In this document: positions 49,036 to 58,690 of the stretch, piece after piece | How positions within the stretch are numbered: the stretch's first letter is position 1 | Layout: the number at the start of each line of letters is the position of its first letter | Virus record (IMG/VR): IMGVR_UViG_2077657010_000001 | Location: 1-64,000 of that record | Direction: 5' to 3' (one strand) | From: a virus | DNA length: 64,000 nt | Program-made: the position numbers and the translations under genes | The notes under the pieces: generated by a model | The model's input: the letters and a program-made list of their open reading frames with translations, nothing else | Told to the model about the DNA's origin: nothing | Databases searched by the model: none

Positions 49036-50637
49036 GTGACGACAATGCATTACAAATATGCTGTAATATATACTGATGGTGGTGAATATCAGAATATGGC
49101 CGGTGCAGGTATCCACGGATACTTGTTTAATGATTTACCCGCAGTAAGGTTTTCAAAAGTACCTGCGATTATTACACCATCTGGGTATGAACCTAAGCCG
49201 TCAGGTGCGCAACTTAAAGATGAGGCATACAACCCTACTTATAAAGAGTGGGACGTGTCTGTTTCACTACGTGACACCAAAACAGCCATAGCGTCAGGTG
49301 CCGATGTGAAAATTGTTGATGGTTGGTTGCCTTTACCGGGCGGCACATCACAATACGCTGAGCTGACCGCTTTCCTTTGGTTATTCGAACAAACTGAGTT
49401 CACATTCGAACATCTCATTGTGTATAGCGATTCCAATTATCTTGTTAAGGGTATCTACGAGCACCTCAAACAATGGATAAAGCGTGGGTGGAAGAAGCGC
49501 GATGGAATGCCTATTGCAAATCCTGAACTGTGGGTTAAGATCAATGAGGTTGTAAATAACCCAGACTTCTCAGAAAGTCGTGTAGAAAAGATTGCTGCCC
49601 ACAAAGGTCACTATGGTAATGAATGTGCTGACCGAAACGCAACCATGGCACGCTACATGGCAGCTAATGGATACCATGATTGTAAAATCAATATCGCTGA
49701 CGTTCACGACTTCGATTACTGGGAGCCTGTTAAAGATTTCCCACCACTTGCAAGTCAAAAGTGGCTAGTCAGCTTTAATGAACGTATTCGTGATAAAAGC
49801 GAAATTGATGGAGAAGTCTACAACCATTACTTCTTTGCAGACCACACTAAGGAAAACAATCGTCCAGACTTGTTAGCGAAGTTCATTTCTGATGCGAACT
49901 ATTGTCTGTACCTTTGCAAGGAACGGATTAACTTCGTGGATGACATCATCGACAAACACCGTGAGATGATGTGGCGTGGTACGTGTGAGATGTATCAGTC
50001 TGAATTGGTTAATCTTGTTAATATGACCAACTTACAGATGCCTAAAAATCTATGGGAGCTTAAGCGTGGGCCTGCGGGTGCGATGGGTTTGTCTGAAGAC
50101 CGTTGTGAACTAAAAGGGGCTAAGGCTGAAAATGTCATCTCACATGTCATCAATCCACCAAAACTCTCATATCGGGTAGAAGAATACGAACTTCAACACC
50201 GTGAGATTATACAAAGTTATCTGGCTAAGTCTGGTCGCCGCTTTACAGGTGACGATAACTTCCGTCCATTTAATATCGTTGTTAATGACATCACAGACAT
50301 CTTGTATGATGATGCTGTTGATAAGAAAGGGAATGTGTCGGGTAAAGTGTTATCCGATACATATGGGCAAGTGACTCGCATGTTGGATTTCCATGTCCAT
50401 CATCCATATAGTGATAAGACTGCTAAAGTCATCTTAACCTCTAAAGAAGACTTACCAGAGCGTAGCCTTCTCACCAAAATTAAAGATATGAACCCTAAGG
50501 TTTCCATCATCACATGGATACACACTGGGTACAAGATTAATTATGGTACATTGGTCGAGTATGACGACGGAATCGCACTGTGGACGGCATATGGCTCTAC
50601 ACGGGTACTGACTAAGGAAGAGCAAGGTATCGCTTAA
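49036..50637 (+). CDS. rnhA: Ribonuclease HI (phiKZ gp155-like) with C-terminal extension
   Basis: IYTDGG, AEL.A, YSDSNY, W..RGWK..DG.PIAN.ELW, AHKGHYGNECAD. Confidence 0.9.
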   Translation: MTTMHYKYAVIYTDGGEYQNMAGAGIHGYLFNDLPAVRFSKVPAIITPSGYEPKPSGAQLKDEAYNPTYKEWDVSVSLRDTKTAIASGADVKIVDGWLPLPGGTSQYAELTAFLWLFEQTEFTFEHLIVYSDSNYLVKGIYEHLKQWIKRGWKKRDGMPIANPELWVKINEVVNNPDFSESRVEKIAAHKGHYGNECADRNATMARYMAANGYHDCKINIADVHDFDYWEPVKDFPPLASQKWLVSFNERIRDKSEIDGEVYNHYFFADHTKENNRPDLLAKFISDANYCLYLCKERINFVDDIIDKHREMMWRGTCEMYQSELVNLVNMTNLQMPKNLWELKRGPAGAMGLSEDRCELKGAKAENVISHVINPPKLSYRVEEYELQHREIIQSYLAKSGRRFTGDDNFRPFNIVVNDITDILYDDAVDKKGNVSGKVLSDTYGQVTRMLDFHVHHPYSDKTAKVILTSKEDLPERSLLTKIKDMNPKVSIITWIHTGYKINYGTLVEYDDGIALWTAYGSTRVLTKEEQGIA

Positions 50638-50647
50638 TGGGGTATAG

Positions 50648-50953
50648 ATGCAATATGACAACAGTAATCTACTGGCGTTAGCACTTACGGTTTATGAAGA
50701 GGGTGTGCCAGTTTATGGCCCTCACGATTGGGTGTGGTATTACCAAGCCGAAGGGTATGGCCCTATCCCCATTCCACATCATGACTTTGGTGTATATGAA
50801 CACCGAGATTATTACATTAGAGTATATCCTGGTGATTGTAATCATGGTGAATGGTCTATAAAGATTTCTTTTGATGGTTCTCATTATAGGGAACTCACTG
50901 ACCATGAGCTATCATTGGCTTGTCTACGTAACCACATCATCCGAAAACTATAA
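50648..50953 (+). CDS. Hypothetical protein
   Basis: ORF followed by terminator hairpin at about 50962-50995. Confidence 0.6.
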   Translation: MQYDNSNLLALALTVYEEGVPVYGPHDWVWYYQAEGYGPIPIPHHDFGVYEHRDYYIRVYPGDCNHGEWSIKISFDGSHYRELTDHELSLACLRNHIIRKL

Positions 50954-50993
50954 CCATCTAATAGGGTAGGTCTCGTGCCTACCCTAGTTTATT

Positions 50994-51015
50994 TTGGGTA
51001 TATATCACTGTGATG
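50994..51015 (+). promoter_or_regulatory. Putative phage early promoter, copy 6
   Basis: TTGGGTATATATCACTGTGATG. Confidence 0.65.
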
Positions 51016-51025
51016 TAATGTAATT

Positions 51026-51364
51026 ATGATGGAGATTATGATGGAGATTAAGATGGTGAAAGATGAGCTCTATATACGCAGTGGTGTGTTAGATGTTGAG
51101 GAAGGAATGGATGTGGAGTGGTGTAACTATGCCACAGGGCTATACCTTGCATGTAATTTGGGACAGTTGCTCCTTCTCAGTAAGTACGCTGGGTATAACC
51201 ACTCGATGTGGCCAGTAGTGGTTAGTACTGTATCACACACACCAACATATCGGGAGTTCTTGGATAGAGTAATCACATACATAGAGCAAACAAACCATGT
51301 ATTGGATAGGGTTGTGGCTAATTACCCACATGGTGTTAAACTTATAGTAATCACGGAGGTATGA
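51026..51364 (+). CDS. Hypothetical protein (several possible starts)
   Basis: Tandem GGAG/ATG units at the 5' end. Confidence 0.6.
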   Translation: MMEIMMEIKMVKDELYIRSGVLDVEEGMDVEWCNYATGLYLACNLGQLLLLSKYAGYNHSMWPVVVSTVSHTPTYREFLDRVITYIEQTNHVLDRVVANYPHGVKLIVITEV

Positions 51365-51367
51365 CTA

Positions 51368-51997
51368 TTGCGTGGTTCGTTTATTAATTATTTGTACATC
51401 CCAAGTGGGCGTGTTAAAGATCAAATTAAACGTATGTGGAAAAACGCTTATGACGATAACCATATTCACTTACTACCACTATCTGACCAAATGATGCTCC
51501 AAAGTGTTTATTTGGAGTTCCTTAGCCTTTTGATTTCTTTTATCTTAGACGTTAACCGTAACTTGATAGACATTAATGAGAAGTACGTCTTTGACCACCT
51601 TGTCTTTAATGAGATGAATACTTTTGATAATTACTTTGACAATTACTTCACACAACCTGATGAGTTAATCGAATCTGCAAACGACTTAGGGGATGCAGTA
51701 TTAGATGACTTTAGTAATTTCAACCACCCTGTGGGTGATTTGATATGTATTTATCAGACGACATCCGATATTGAATATGAGCATGAATGGCAGGAGCTGA
51801 TGAATAGGGCAAATAAAAATATGGGTGATTTGTGGTACACCATGAATGACACACATTCACTGTACCGTGAGTTAGAGAGACATCTACATGATGACTTTTC
51901 CCGGCGTGGCATGTACCGAATCACACATCCTATATCCTCGGTTGAGTTCCATCGAGGATGTGCGTCAAAATGCATCATCCGTTTCGATGACAAATAA
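51368..51997 (+). CDS. Hypothetical protein
   Basis: TTG after GGAGG; 209 aa. Confidence 0.65.
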   Translation: MRGSFINYLYIPSGRVKDQIKRMWKNAYDDNHIHLLPLSDQMMLQSVYLEFLSLLISFILDVNRNLIDINEKYVFDHLVFNEMNTFDNYFDNYFTQPDELIESANDLGDAVLDDFSNFNHPVGDLICIYQTTSDIEYEHEWQELMNRANKNMGDLWYTMNDTHSLYRELERHLHDDFSRRGMYRITHPISSVEFHRGCASKCIIRFDDK

Positions 51998-52028
51998 AAA
52001 GAGGGGCACTTACCCCTCTCTTTTTTTT
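51996..52028. terminator. Bidirectional intrinsic terminator
   Basis: A5, GAGGGG-CACTTA-CCCCTC, T8 between convergent genes. Confidence 0.85.
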
Positions 52029-52030
52029 GC

Positions 52031-52945
52031 CTATTTTGATAGATCTTCAATCTTGTTTCGCGTATCTTCCAACGCTTTAGACACGACTTTGGCTTTCTGG
52101 CAGATGTGCCCATAGAACTCTACCCATGCCGCCGCCATATACATACGGTCGGTCAACATATCAACAATCTTGTCATTGACATCTAACGACTCTGTATTAA
52201 TCTGCTCTGCGATGTTTGTCGCATAATCATGGATAGTTTTCATGCACTCACGTACACTGGTATGGTTGATACGGTTCAGATTGTCTTGTAGCTGCAACAC
52301 ACGTTCGGATGTAATGTTTAAGTCTTGATTTCGACTATACACTTTTTTGAACTTCTCTTTATCGGTACGCTGTCGCGGATCGAAACATTCACTGATGTCG
52401 CTAATTAATTTATCTAGTCGCTTTTGACTATACTCTGTTTTCGTTTTATTTTCCAACGGGAGTACTTTACGGCTATTGAGTAAATCAGGCTCGTTGACAT
52501 ACTTACCCATCAATGTACGTAATGGAATTAGCAACCCATCATTAATATTCGCCAGATACTCTACTGACTCCTCCAGGGTTTCAATATATTCCAACATGCT
52601 AACTTTAAGACCCACTGGAACATATACCGTGACATCCCCGATAGAGAGGTACGGATTGCGGTCTAGCCAATTGATAGAGGTCTTACCTAGACCATTTTGG
52701 TGTTCGAACTTGACCAGTTCTTTATTGCCACCAAATAGCGTTTGAAATATGGAATCTACACGTGCTGTGAGCATCGAGCGTAGACCGTCATTGAATGTTT
52801 CTTGGAAGTTGGCTTTTGTGTCACCACGCTCCATGCCGATATAGCAAGTTTGGCGAGCTTGCTGGTGTTTGATGAGTACCGGCAACTCTGTCGTATTCGT
52901 ATTCACAGGGACATACTCCATTATTTTATTAAGACTGACAAGCAT
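52031..52945 (-). CDS. Probable virion protein divergent from UvsX
   Basis: 304-aa helical ORF, VYVPVGL motif; position as recalled for phiKZ gp153. Confidence 0.6.
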   Translation of the reverse strand: MLVSLNKIMEYVPVNTNTTELPVLIKHQQARQTCYIGMERGDTKANFQETFNDGLRSMLTARVDSIFQTLFGGNKELVKFEHQNGLGKTSINWLDRNPYLSIGDVTVYVPVGLKVSMLEYIETLEESVEYLANINDGLLIPLRTLMGKYVNEPDLLNSRKVLPLENKTKTEYSQKRLDKLISDISECFDPRQRTDKEKFKKVYSRNQDLNITSERVLQLQDNLNRINHTSVRECMKTIHDYATNIAEQINTESLDVNDKIVDMLTDRMYMAAAWVEFYGHICQKAKVVSKALEDTRNKIEDLSK

Positions 52946-53050
52946 AGTATAGTTAGCGCATTATATATACATCCAGTTATTTTTAATTCAGCTGCCGATA
53001 CTTTGACAGGTAGACTTATAGTTTGTAATTATCTTCTAAAAGGAGCAATC

Positions 53051-54511
53051 ATGGCCGGGCCAGCAAAACGAAAATTATCTAAAACTGTCCGTATTCGACT
53101 TAATTCATTTGGCCTATACGATCATTTAACAGGTCGCTACTTAAAAGGGAAGCATGGTTTATATTATCTGAACGGTGGCCTTAGTACCGTATCTGGCTTT
53201 GGTGGTCGTGGTAACATGTTTAAGTCTGCGTTCTCAGGCACAGTTGGCGTTTCATCGTCATTGAAATACAATGTTGAGTTCACGGAGTTTTATGACAGTG
53301 AGCTAACGATGGATGTAGAACGCATTCAAGATTACATTAACTCAGTTGCCCTACACAACGGTTGGGAAGAAATCCCTCAGATTACTGACTTGTTGGAAGA
53401 CGAGAAAACGACATGGAACATCACCGCATCGGATGTGTCGTTTGTTGACGAGTGGTTCATGGATAACTGTCGGTCTGAAATCGGTAACCGTGAGAAAGTT
53501 AAACAGAAAGATATGTATGAGACACCTTTTTATGATGTGAAAGGTGAACCTATCTACATTCCAAACCCGTGGATTTTTAACTGGGACTCTGTGTCAGAAT
53601 CACGCATCTCGATTAACGATAAAAAGCTAGACAGTAACATGGTCGGGGATAAAGACCTCAACACTGAAGCGATGGATGATGCAAGGCATAAATCACAGCT
53701 CCTCCGACAGGTGCCTGCGGTAGCATCACGCGGTGGGATGTACTTCACTGCTGTTGCACATGCGGATGATGAGTTGAAGATGGATAAATACGATCCATCA
53801 CAAAAGAAACTTCCTACACTAAAAGGTAATCTCAAGTTTAAAGGTGTACCTGGCCGTGCGTGGACGTTCCTAACCAATACCATCATGCTGGCAGTGCACA
53901 ATGAAACGCTGCTTAACAAGCAAGATAAGATGTGTGAGTATCCACATCCTGAAATTCCAACAATGGTTGGCGATCCAGATTTGGTCAAAATACGGTATAT
54001 TGAATGTCGTGGTAAAGGTGGCCCTACTGGTGCATATATCGACCTTATCTTCTCGCAACGTGAAGGGTTAGATGTTACACTGACGAATTACAACTATGTT
54101 GCTAAAGAGTTGAAGTCGTTTGGTCTTGATGAGAGCGGTTCCGGTAATGCCTTTAAACAATTGCAGATATACCCTGAGTATAAGTTCACTCGAAAAGATA
54201 TCCGTAAGCATAAAGAAAACGATCCTAAATTCCGACGGGCATTGGAACTCTTAGCGGGACTTGGATATATCTATTACAACTACCACGATGTTCCTGCAGA
54301 AATGAAAATTGACATTCCAGAACTTTACACTAAAATAAAAGATGCTGGATTTGATTGGGATAAGATTCTGACAGACACCGTTGAGTATTGGCAGCCAGCC
54401 CATCTTGAACAGCAGAGTAAGAAAATCACACTGACTGCACGCACATTGCTTGGTATGGCGGTAGGTGAGTTTAAAGCTGACCACCCCGTGCTTAAAGCCC
54501 TAGCCAAATAA
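53051..54511 (+). CDS. uvsX: UvsX/RecA-like recombinase (phiKZ gp152-like)
   Basis: YLNGGL...GRGNMFKS Walker A variant, YDSE, WDSVS Walker B, RGKGGPTG; ATG after AAGGAG. Confidence 0.85.
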   Translation: MAGPAKRKLSKTVRIRLNSFGLYDHLTGRYLKGKHGLYYLNGGLSTVSGFGGRGNMFKSAFSGTVGVSSSLKYNVEFTEFYDSELTMDVERIQDYINSVALHNGWEEIPQITDLLEDEKTTWNITASDVSFVDEWFMDNCRSEIGNREKVKQKDMYETPFYDVKGEPIYIPNPWIFNWDSVSESRISINDKKLDSNMVGDKDLNTEAMDDARHKSQLLRQVPAVASRGGMYFTAVAHADDELKMDKYDPSQKKLPTLKGNLKFKGVPGRAWTFLTNTIMLAVHNETLLNKQDKMCEYPHPEIPTMVGDPDLVKIRYIECRGKGGPTGAYIDLIFSQREGLDVTLTNYNYVAKELKSFGLDESGSGNAFKQLQIYPEYKFTRKDIRKHKENDPKFRRALELLAGLGYIYYNYHDVPAEMKIDIPELYTKIKDAGFDWDKILTDTVEYWQPAHLEQQSKKITLTARTLLGMAVGEFKADHPVLKALAK

Positions 54512-54566
54512 GTACCCTGTGGGGATGTCGTCCCCACATCTTGAACCTACAAGGAATATAATAATT

Positions 54567-54866
54567 ATGGGTGTATTTACAAAGCTCATCGATTCTATCG
54601 ACCACGATGAGATCAAAGAACACATCGACAACAATATTGACGCGGACTACACCTATACTGGTGACTGGTCTGGTGAGCAGCATCATGCTAACCTCTACCT
54701 CAATAAGTTGTTATCTTCCATGGCCAGAGGTCATGATGTATCCGCTAACGAAATGCGCCAAGCTCGACGCACATTAACGGTTGTTGAAACTGAAGAGCAA
54801 CTAGATGATTGGATTGTCGACTTGCATGAAAACTATTTCCCATTACTCATGTCACTATGGGATTAA
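54567..54866 (+). CDS. Hypothetical protein
   Basis: ATG after AAGGA. Confidence 0.65.
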   Translation: MGVFTKLIDSIDHDEIKEHIDNNIDADYTYTGDWSGEQHHANLYLNKLLSSMARGHDVSANEMRQARRTLTVVETEEQLDDWIVDLHENYFPLLMSLWD

Positions 54867-54878
54867 CTATGGTGTGTT

Positions 54879-55445
54879 ATGGAACATGTAATAGAAACGG
54901 TGTTGTCACATGAACTATCATGTCCGACACTGTTTGCACATACAGACACGGATGAAGCCCGTGAGAAGTTAAAGGATATCGTTAAAAAGGATAAGTTGAA
55001 TATCGCCATTGTGGGCAGTGCATATGCTTATGACATTGCCCGTGTTACCCGTATAATCAATACGCTCATACGTCCCTTTAAAGACCCCGACTCGTTACGT
55101 GTCATCTTTTATGATAACTCAGAATTAGCTTATATCATCAAAAAGTGGGGGGAGCACAACAAGATTGAAATTGTCCCTTACGAGATAGAAAGTGAATACC
55201 GACTCAATGGCATGGATGAGGAAAGTCCTCATTATTGGCGAGCGAAAGCACTTCAAAATAAAGCGCTCATTAGAAGAGACCAACGCATGATGAACGATAC
55301 GGATGTGCTCATTTATTTGCATGTCACTGGTGAGGATGATAAGGCAATTGATAATATGTATCAAGAAGCAATCAGTAAAGGTAAATTCGTAACTAAGCGG
55401 AATATTAAAGGTGGCTCCCATGGCAAAAAGCGAAAAAAGGCGTAA
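54879..55445 (+). CDS. SLOG-family (YspA/DUF2493-like) protein
   Basis: IAIVGS...D, W......IVPY, LIRRDQRM...D.LI......NM...A...GK pattern. Confidence 0.6.
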   Translation: MEHVIETVLSHELSCPTLFAHTDTDEAREKLKDIVKKDKLNIAIVGSAYAYDIARVTRIINTLIRPFKDPDSLRVIFYDNSELAYIIKKWGEHNKIEIVPYEIESEYRLNGMDEESPHYWRAKALQNKALIRRDQRMMNDTDVLIYLHVTGEDDKAIDNMYQEAISKGKFVTKRNIKGGSHGKKRKKA

Positions 55446-56085
55446 GACAGAAGCGTTCATTATCCAGATGTTGGATAAGGTGGATGTGAGCGGTACCAAT
55501 AGCGACTTGTACAAAAAGGTGTTCGCTAAGATGGGTGATGGGGACTTCGTTAAGCTTATCTCCAAACCATTACCTATCTATGATCCAAATGGTGGTAAGG
55601 TCAAGATAGACCACATGCGGAATATCAAAATCATGAGAGAGCTTGGGTATGAGCCTGAGCAGCACTTGTGGTTAACTGACCCCAAAACTGGGGTGATGTC
55701 TAAGACTGAGCGTAAACATCTGGTACTTAGACTACCTGTGCGTCGACAAACGCAGGATATCGATAAGAAAGCAAAGACGGCTGAACACAACCGAACGATA
55801 GACCCTACCACGGGTCAGACTGTAGGTTCGTCTAAAGGTTCTTCGTTTTCATTCCCGCAGATTTATGTCATGTATACCAAAGGGTATACCAATACCATCC
55901 AGGAGCTTATCAATGCTCGTGGTGGTAACGTTAAGGCCGGTAAAATCATTGACCGTGCTATCCGTCGTGATGGCCGTGGTAAACTCAATGAGGAAGGCAC
56001 TGCGAATACAAACGTATCATCCAGTGTCAGCATCGGCAACATTTTTCGTGCAATGCACATTGACAACAATATAGGTAAATTATGA
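55420..56085 (+). CDS. Virion RNA polymerase beta-subunit C-terminal fragment (phiKZ gp149-like)
   Basis: LPVRRQ.Q...KK, D..TGQ..G.SKG..FS..Q, EL...RGG correspond to RpoB C-terminal motifs. Confidence 0.85.
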   Translation: MAKSEKRRKTEAFIIQMLDKVDVSGTNSDLYKKVFAKMGDGDFVKLISKPLPIYDPNGGKVKIDHMRNIKIMRELGYEPEQHLWLTDPKTGVMSKTERKHLVLRLPVRRQTQDIDKKAKTAEHNRTIDPTTGQTVGSSKGSSFSFPQIYVMYTKGYTNTIQELINARGGNVKAGKIIDRAIRRDGRGKLNEEGTANTNVSSSVSIGNIFRAMHIDNNIGKL

Positions 56086-56525
56086 AACCTACATACTACA
56101 CCGGACACACTCTATTAGATAGCGTCGCCGATTTTATCAAGCCTAACGTTCGTGCGTTATTGGGAAAAGAAAAAGGCTTGTTGGGTTTAAACCATACCAT
56201 CGGTATCTTACCGCACAACCACTTCCAAACGGATTGGGTATTGCTCATCGCCGAGGGGGAAAAAGCACCTGACCATGCGTCGGAGATTTTCGACCTAATC
56301 CAGTGTGCACATTTCTACCTGACCACATTCCATGTCGATGACTTTGACCTCTTCCGAAAAAATGTCGAAGAAGTCATCAAGGATGTGAAAAGTTGTGGTT
56401 ATTATGACGGCGAGCACGGTGAGCATTTTGTAGATGAATTGTACACGTACGATCTACGTATCACCGCATGTCTACTAAGCATGGTTTTTCCTTTCTTATT
56501 GGATGAGTTAACTAGCGGGGATTAG
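56082..56525 (+). CDS. Hypothetical protein
   Basis: ATGA coupling to the upstream gene. Confidence 0.7.
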   Translation: MKPTYYTGHTLLDSVADFIKPNVRALLGKEKGLLGLNHTIGILPHNHFQTDWVLLIAEGEKAPDHASEIFDLIQCAHFYLTTFHVDDFDLFRKNVEEVIKDVKSCGYYDGEHGEHFVDELYTYDLRITACLLSMVFPFLLDELTSGD

Positions 56526-56530
56526 TCAAT

Positions 56531-57250
56531 ATGTCCGAGGGTGTTAAGCAAAATACGCTCATTGACTTAGACTGTCTTGTTGATACACGGTTAGGGTTAT
56601 TGTTCCAACACTATCGTAATCATTATAACAAGCTGTCAGATGTTCAAATGAACGACATCATCCACCGGACACATGACACAATGTGGCAGTGGGCGTGTGT
56701 GTCGGAAGATGACTGGTGTGCCCAGTACGGTAAGCGTGATGTGGGTACCCTGAAACACAGTTTACCTACAGATATGATGATTAACTTAAAACCCATCATC
56801 ATGAGTAAGTACGTTGAAGGAAAGACCAGTCCGGTACACCTCCCACTGCATTTATTCATTAACATATATCCTTATGTTTTGGATAATGAAGAATGTGAAG
56901 TGCTCGTTGATGCCATCAAAGAGTGTACGTTCGATGACTTAGATGTCGATGTCGTAAGACTGTCACCTGAATCATTGACACCGGGCAGTGTAAAAGATAG
57001 CTATCAAGTACTGTTCATGTATGAGGGGGTGAAATGGCTCGAGTTGCACAAGCAAGAGTTGTTAGATTGCAAAATGCCACGAACCATTCTCAACTTGCCT
57101 GGTTACCTCATTGATAACAAAGAAGCAATGGAAGCGGCAGAGCAGGAAAATGTCGATCCATTTGAACGTGCTAAGGTGGCGATGTCTGAATTTATAACGT
57201 TAGAGTTTTTGTCGCCTAACTTTTTCAGTTTGTATATTGGAGACAAATAA
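56531..57250 (+). CDS. Conserved phage protein, HAD-like N-terminal DxD motif
   Basis: LIDLDCLVDTRLG. Confidence 0.6.
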   Translation: MSEGVKQNTLIDLDCLVDTRLGLLFQHYRNHYNKLSDVQMNDIIHRTHDTMWQWACVSEDDWCAQYGKRDVGTLKHSLPTDMMINLKPIIMSKYVEGKTSPVHLPLHLFINIYPYVLDNEECEVLVDAIKECTFDDLDVDVVRLSPESLTPGSVKDSYQVLFMYEGVKWLELHKQELLDCKMPRTILNLPGYLIDNKEAMEAAEQENVDPFERAKVAMSEFITLEFLSPNFFSLYIGDK

Positions 57251-57261
57251 AAAAAGGGTGA

Positions 57262-57726
57262 TTATTCACCCTTTAGTTCTTTTCTTTGTTCTTCGCGTAT
57301 GCTATCAAGGTCGACAACTTCACTACCAACACCAGAGATTTCACCTGGCTTTATATCAACATCAGGCAGCCGGTTGGGATCAATGTCAAGGTGGCGCTTA
57401 CTGTGGACTTCTTCGACTTCACCGTCGTAGGTTCTTCCATCACGGAGTACACCGACACAGTTGTCTTCGATTTTTGCAATGACTTCAGCTGCCATGGCAT
57501 TGGTGTTTGCATTTTGTTGATCTACCTCAGTACGACGCTTACCAAATACAGATGCGTCTGAATCTTTGAGCATCTTCGCTAAGAAGTTTTTATCTTCTTT
57601 GTCTATAGGTATCGTGAATTTACCGTTAGAGTCAGTAGTTACTTCACTGACTGCTTTGATGCGTACTTGTTGTGCCCATAACAACATATCGTCATCAGAC
57701 ATGACATCAGGCTCTTTTTTATCCAT
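57262..57726 (-). CDS. Hypothetical protein
   Basis: SD GGAG; ends in the bidirectional hairpin at about 57250-57274. Confidence 0.75.
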   Translation of the reverse strand: MDKKEPDVMSDDDMLLWAQQVRIKAVSEVTTDSNGKFTIPIDKEDKNFLAKMLKDSDASVFGKRRTEVDQQNANTNAMAAEVIAKIEDNCVGVLRDGRTYDGEVEEVHSKRHLDIDPNRLPDVDIKPGEISGVGSEVVDLDSIREEQRKELKGE

Positions 57727-57746
57727 ATTAACTCCGGATTAAAAAA

Positions 57747-58256
57747 ATGTTTAGACATATATTATTGTGGTGTATCCATCGACTGCATGCCGTTGCAATG
57801 GATAACGGTGAACGTGACAGGATGTTAAAATGTGTGCTAGCAATTGAGACATTGCAGAAGCGTCATAAGATTAACAAGACTGTAGCCAACCATAAGCGTC
57901 ACAGAGCGATTAAAATAACTATGCATAGTAAGTGTGCAAGTGAGTTATTAATGTCGTTAGAATCGATTATAGAGAGCACGCAGGCAAGACCTAACGTTCG
58001 TGGGATCAAACAAGACACACTGCCGTCTTTGAGTAAAGGGACGGTCAGTGTGGATGATTGGTTAACCGATAATAATGGTAATTATTTAAATGCCGATGAT
58101 GTGCTTAATCGGATCAGTGACAATTTAAAAACCATTCGTGAGTTATATCTTGATGGTGTAGATAACAGTAATTTGAAGGAGGTGTTATTCGACCACTATC
58201 AAAATAAACCCGACATCGTCTATAATGACATTGAGACAATCGTCGATGTATTATAA
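57747..58256 (+). CDS. Hypothetical protein
   Basis: 169-aa ORF, divergent start. Confidence 0.65.
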   Translation: MFRHILLWCIHRLHAVAMDNGERDRMLKCVLAIETLQKRHKINKTVANHKRHRAIKITMHSKCASELLMSLESIIESTQARPNVRGIKQDTLPSLSKGTVSVDDWLTDNNGNYLNADDVLNRISDNLKTIRELYLDGVDNSNLKEVLFDHYQNKPDIVYNDIETIVDVL

Positions 58257-58282
58257 CCTGCACTGTTAAGTGAGGATTAGAA

Positions 58283-58681
58283 ATGAGCAAGAAAAAGCTA
58301 CAAGATGCCGTAGCCAATCCCGTAGAGCAAGTGAAGCGTTCTACGAATAACTTACTGGGTCGAGTGTATTGGATACTTATCGATAAACTAGACCTTAGCA
58401 TGGAGGCGATAACGTTATCGTTAAACCGATATGTGAGAGACCCGAGAAATGGGGTGGTACAAACCTCGCATAAGCGAAGTGAAAAGATTTCTAACTTAAC
58501 GGGTGAGTTGACTAATCACAGTCGTATGAGTTGGAATAAATTCATCGAAGGGCTTAAAGTCATTGAGGTTACTAGGGTGCGTATAACCTTTGAAGTGTGG
58601 CGTGGTAAGCGTGATACTTACGCAAAGACTGTCATCGATCAGAAAATGTCCGACCTTGAAACCTCTGACGAAGAAAATTAA
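58283..58681 (+). CDS. Hypothetical basic protein
   Basis: SD GAGGA; NL..EL....MSW.KF..GL motif. Confidence 0.75.
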   Translation: MSKKKLQDAVANPVEQVKRSTNNLLGRVYWILIDKLDLSMEAITLSLNRYVRDPRNGVVQTSHKRSEKISNLTGELTNHSRMSWNKFIEGLKVIEVTRVRITFEVWRGKRDTYAKTVIDQKMSDLETSDEEN

Positions 58682-58690
58682 GGAGTTAAC

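Noticed and set aside
52802-53050. 83-aa N-terminal extension of UvsX
   Set aside because: Overlaps the opposite-strand gene and the divergent intergenic gap; the strong SD is at ATG 53051
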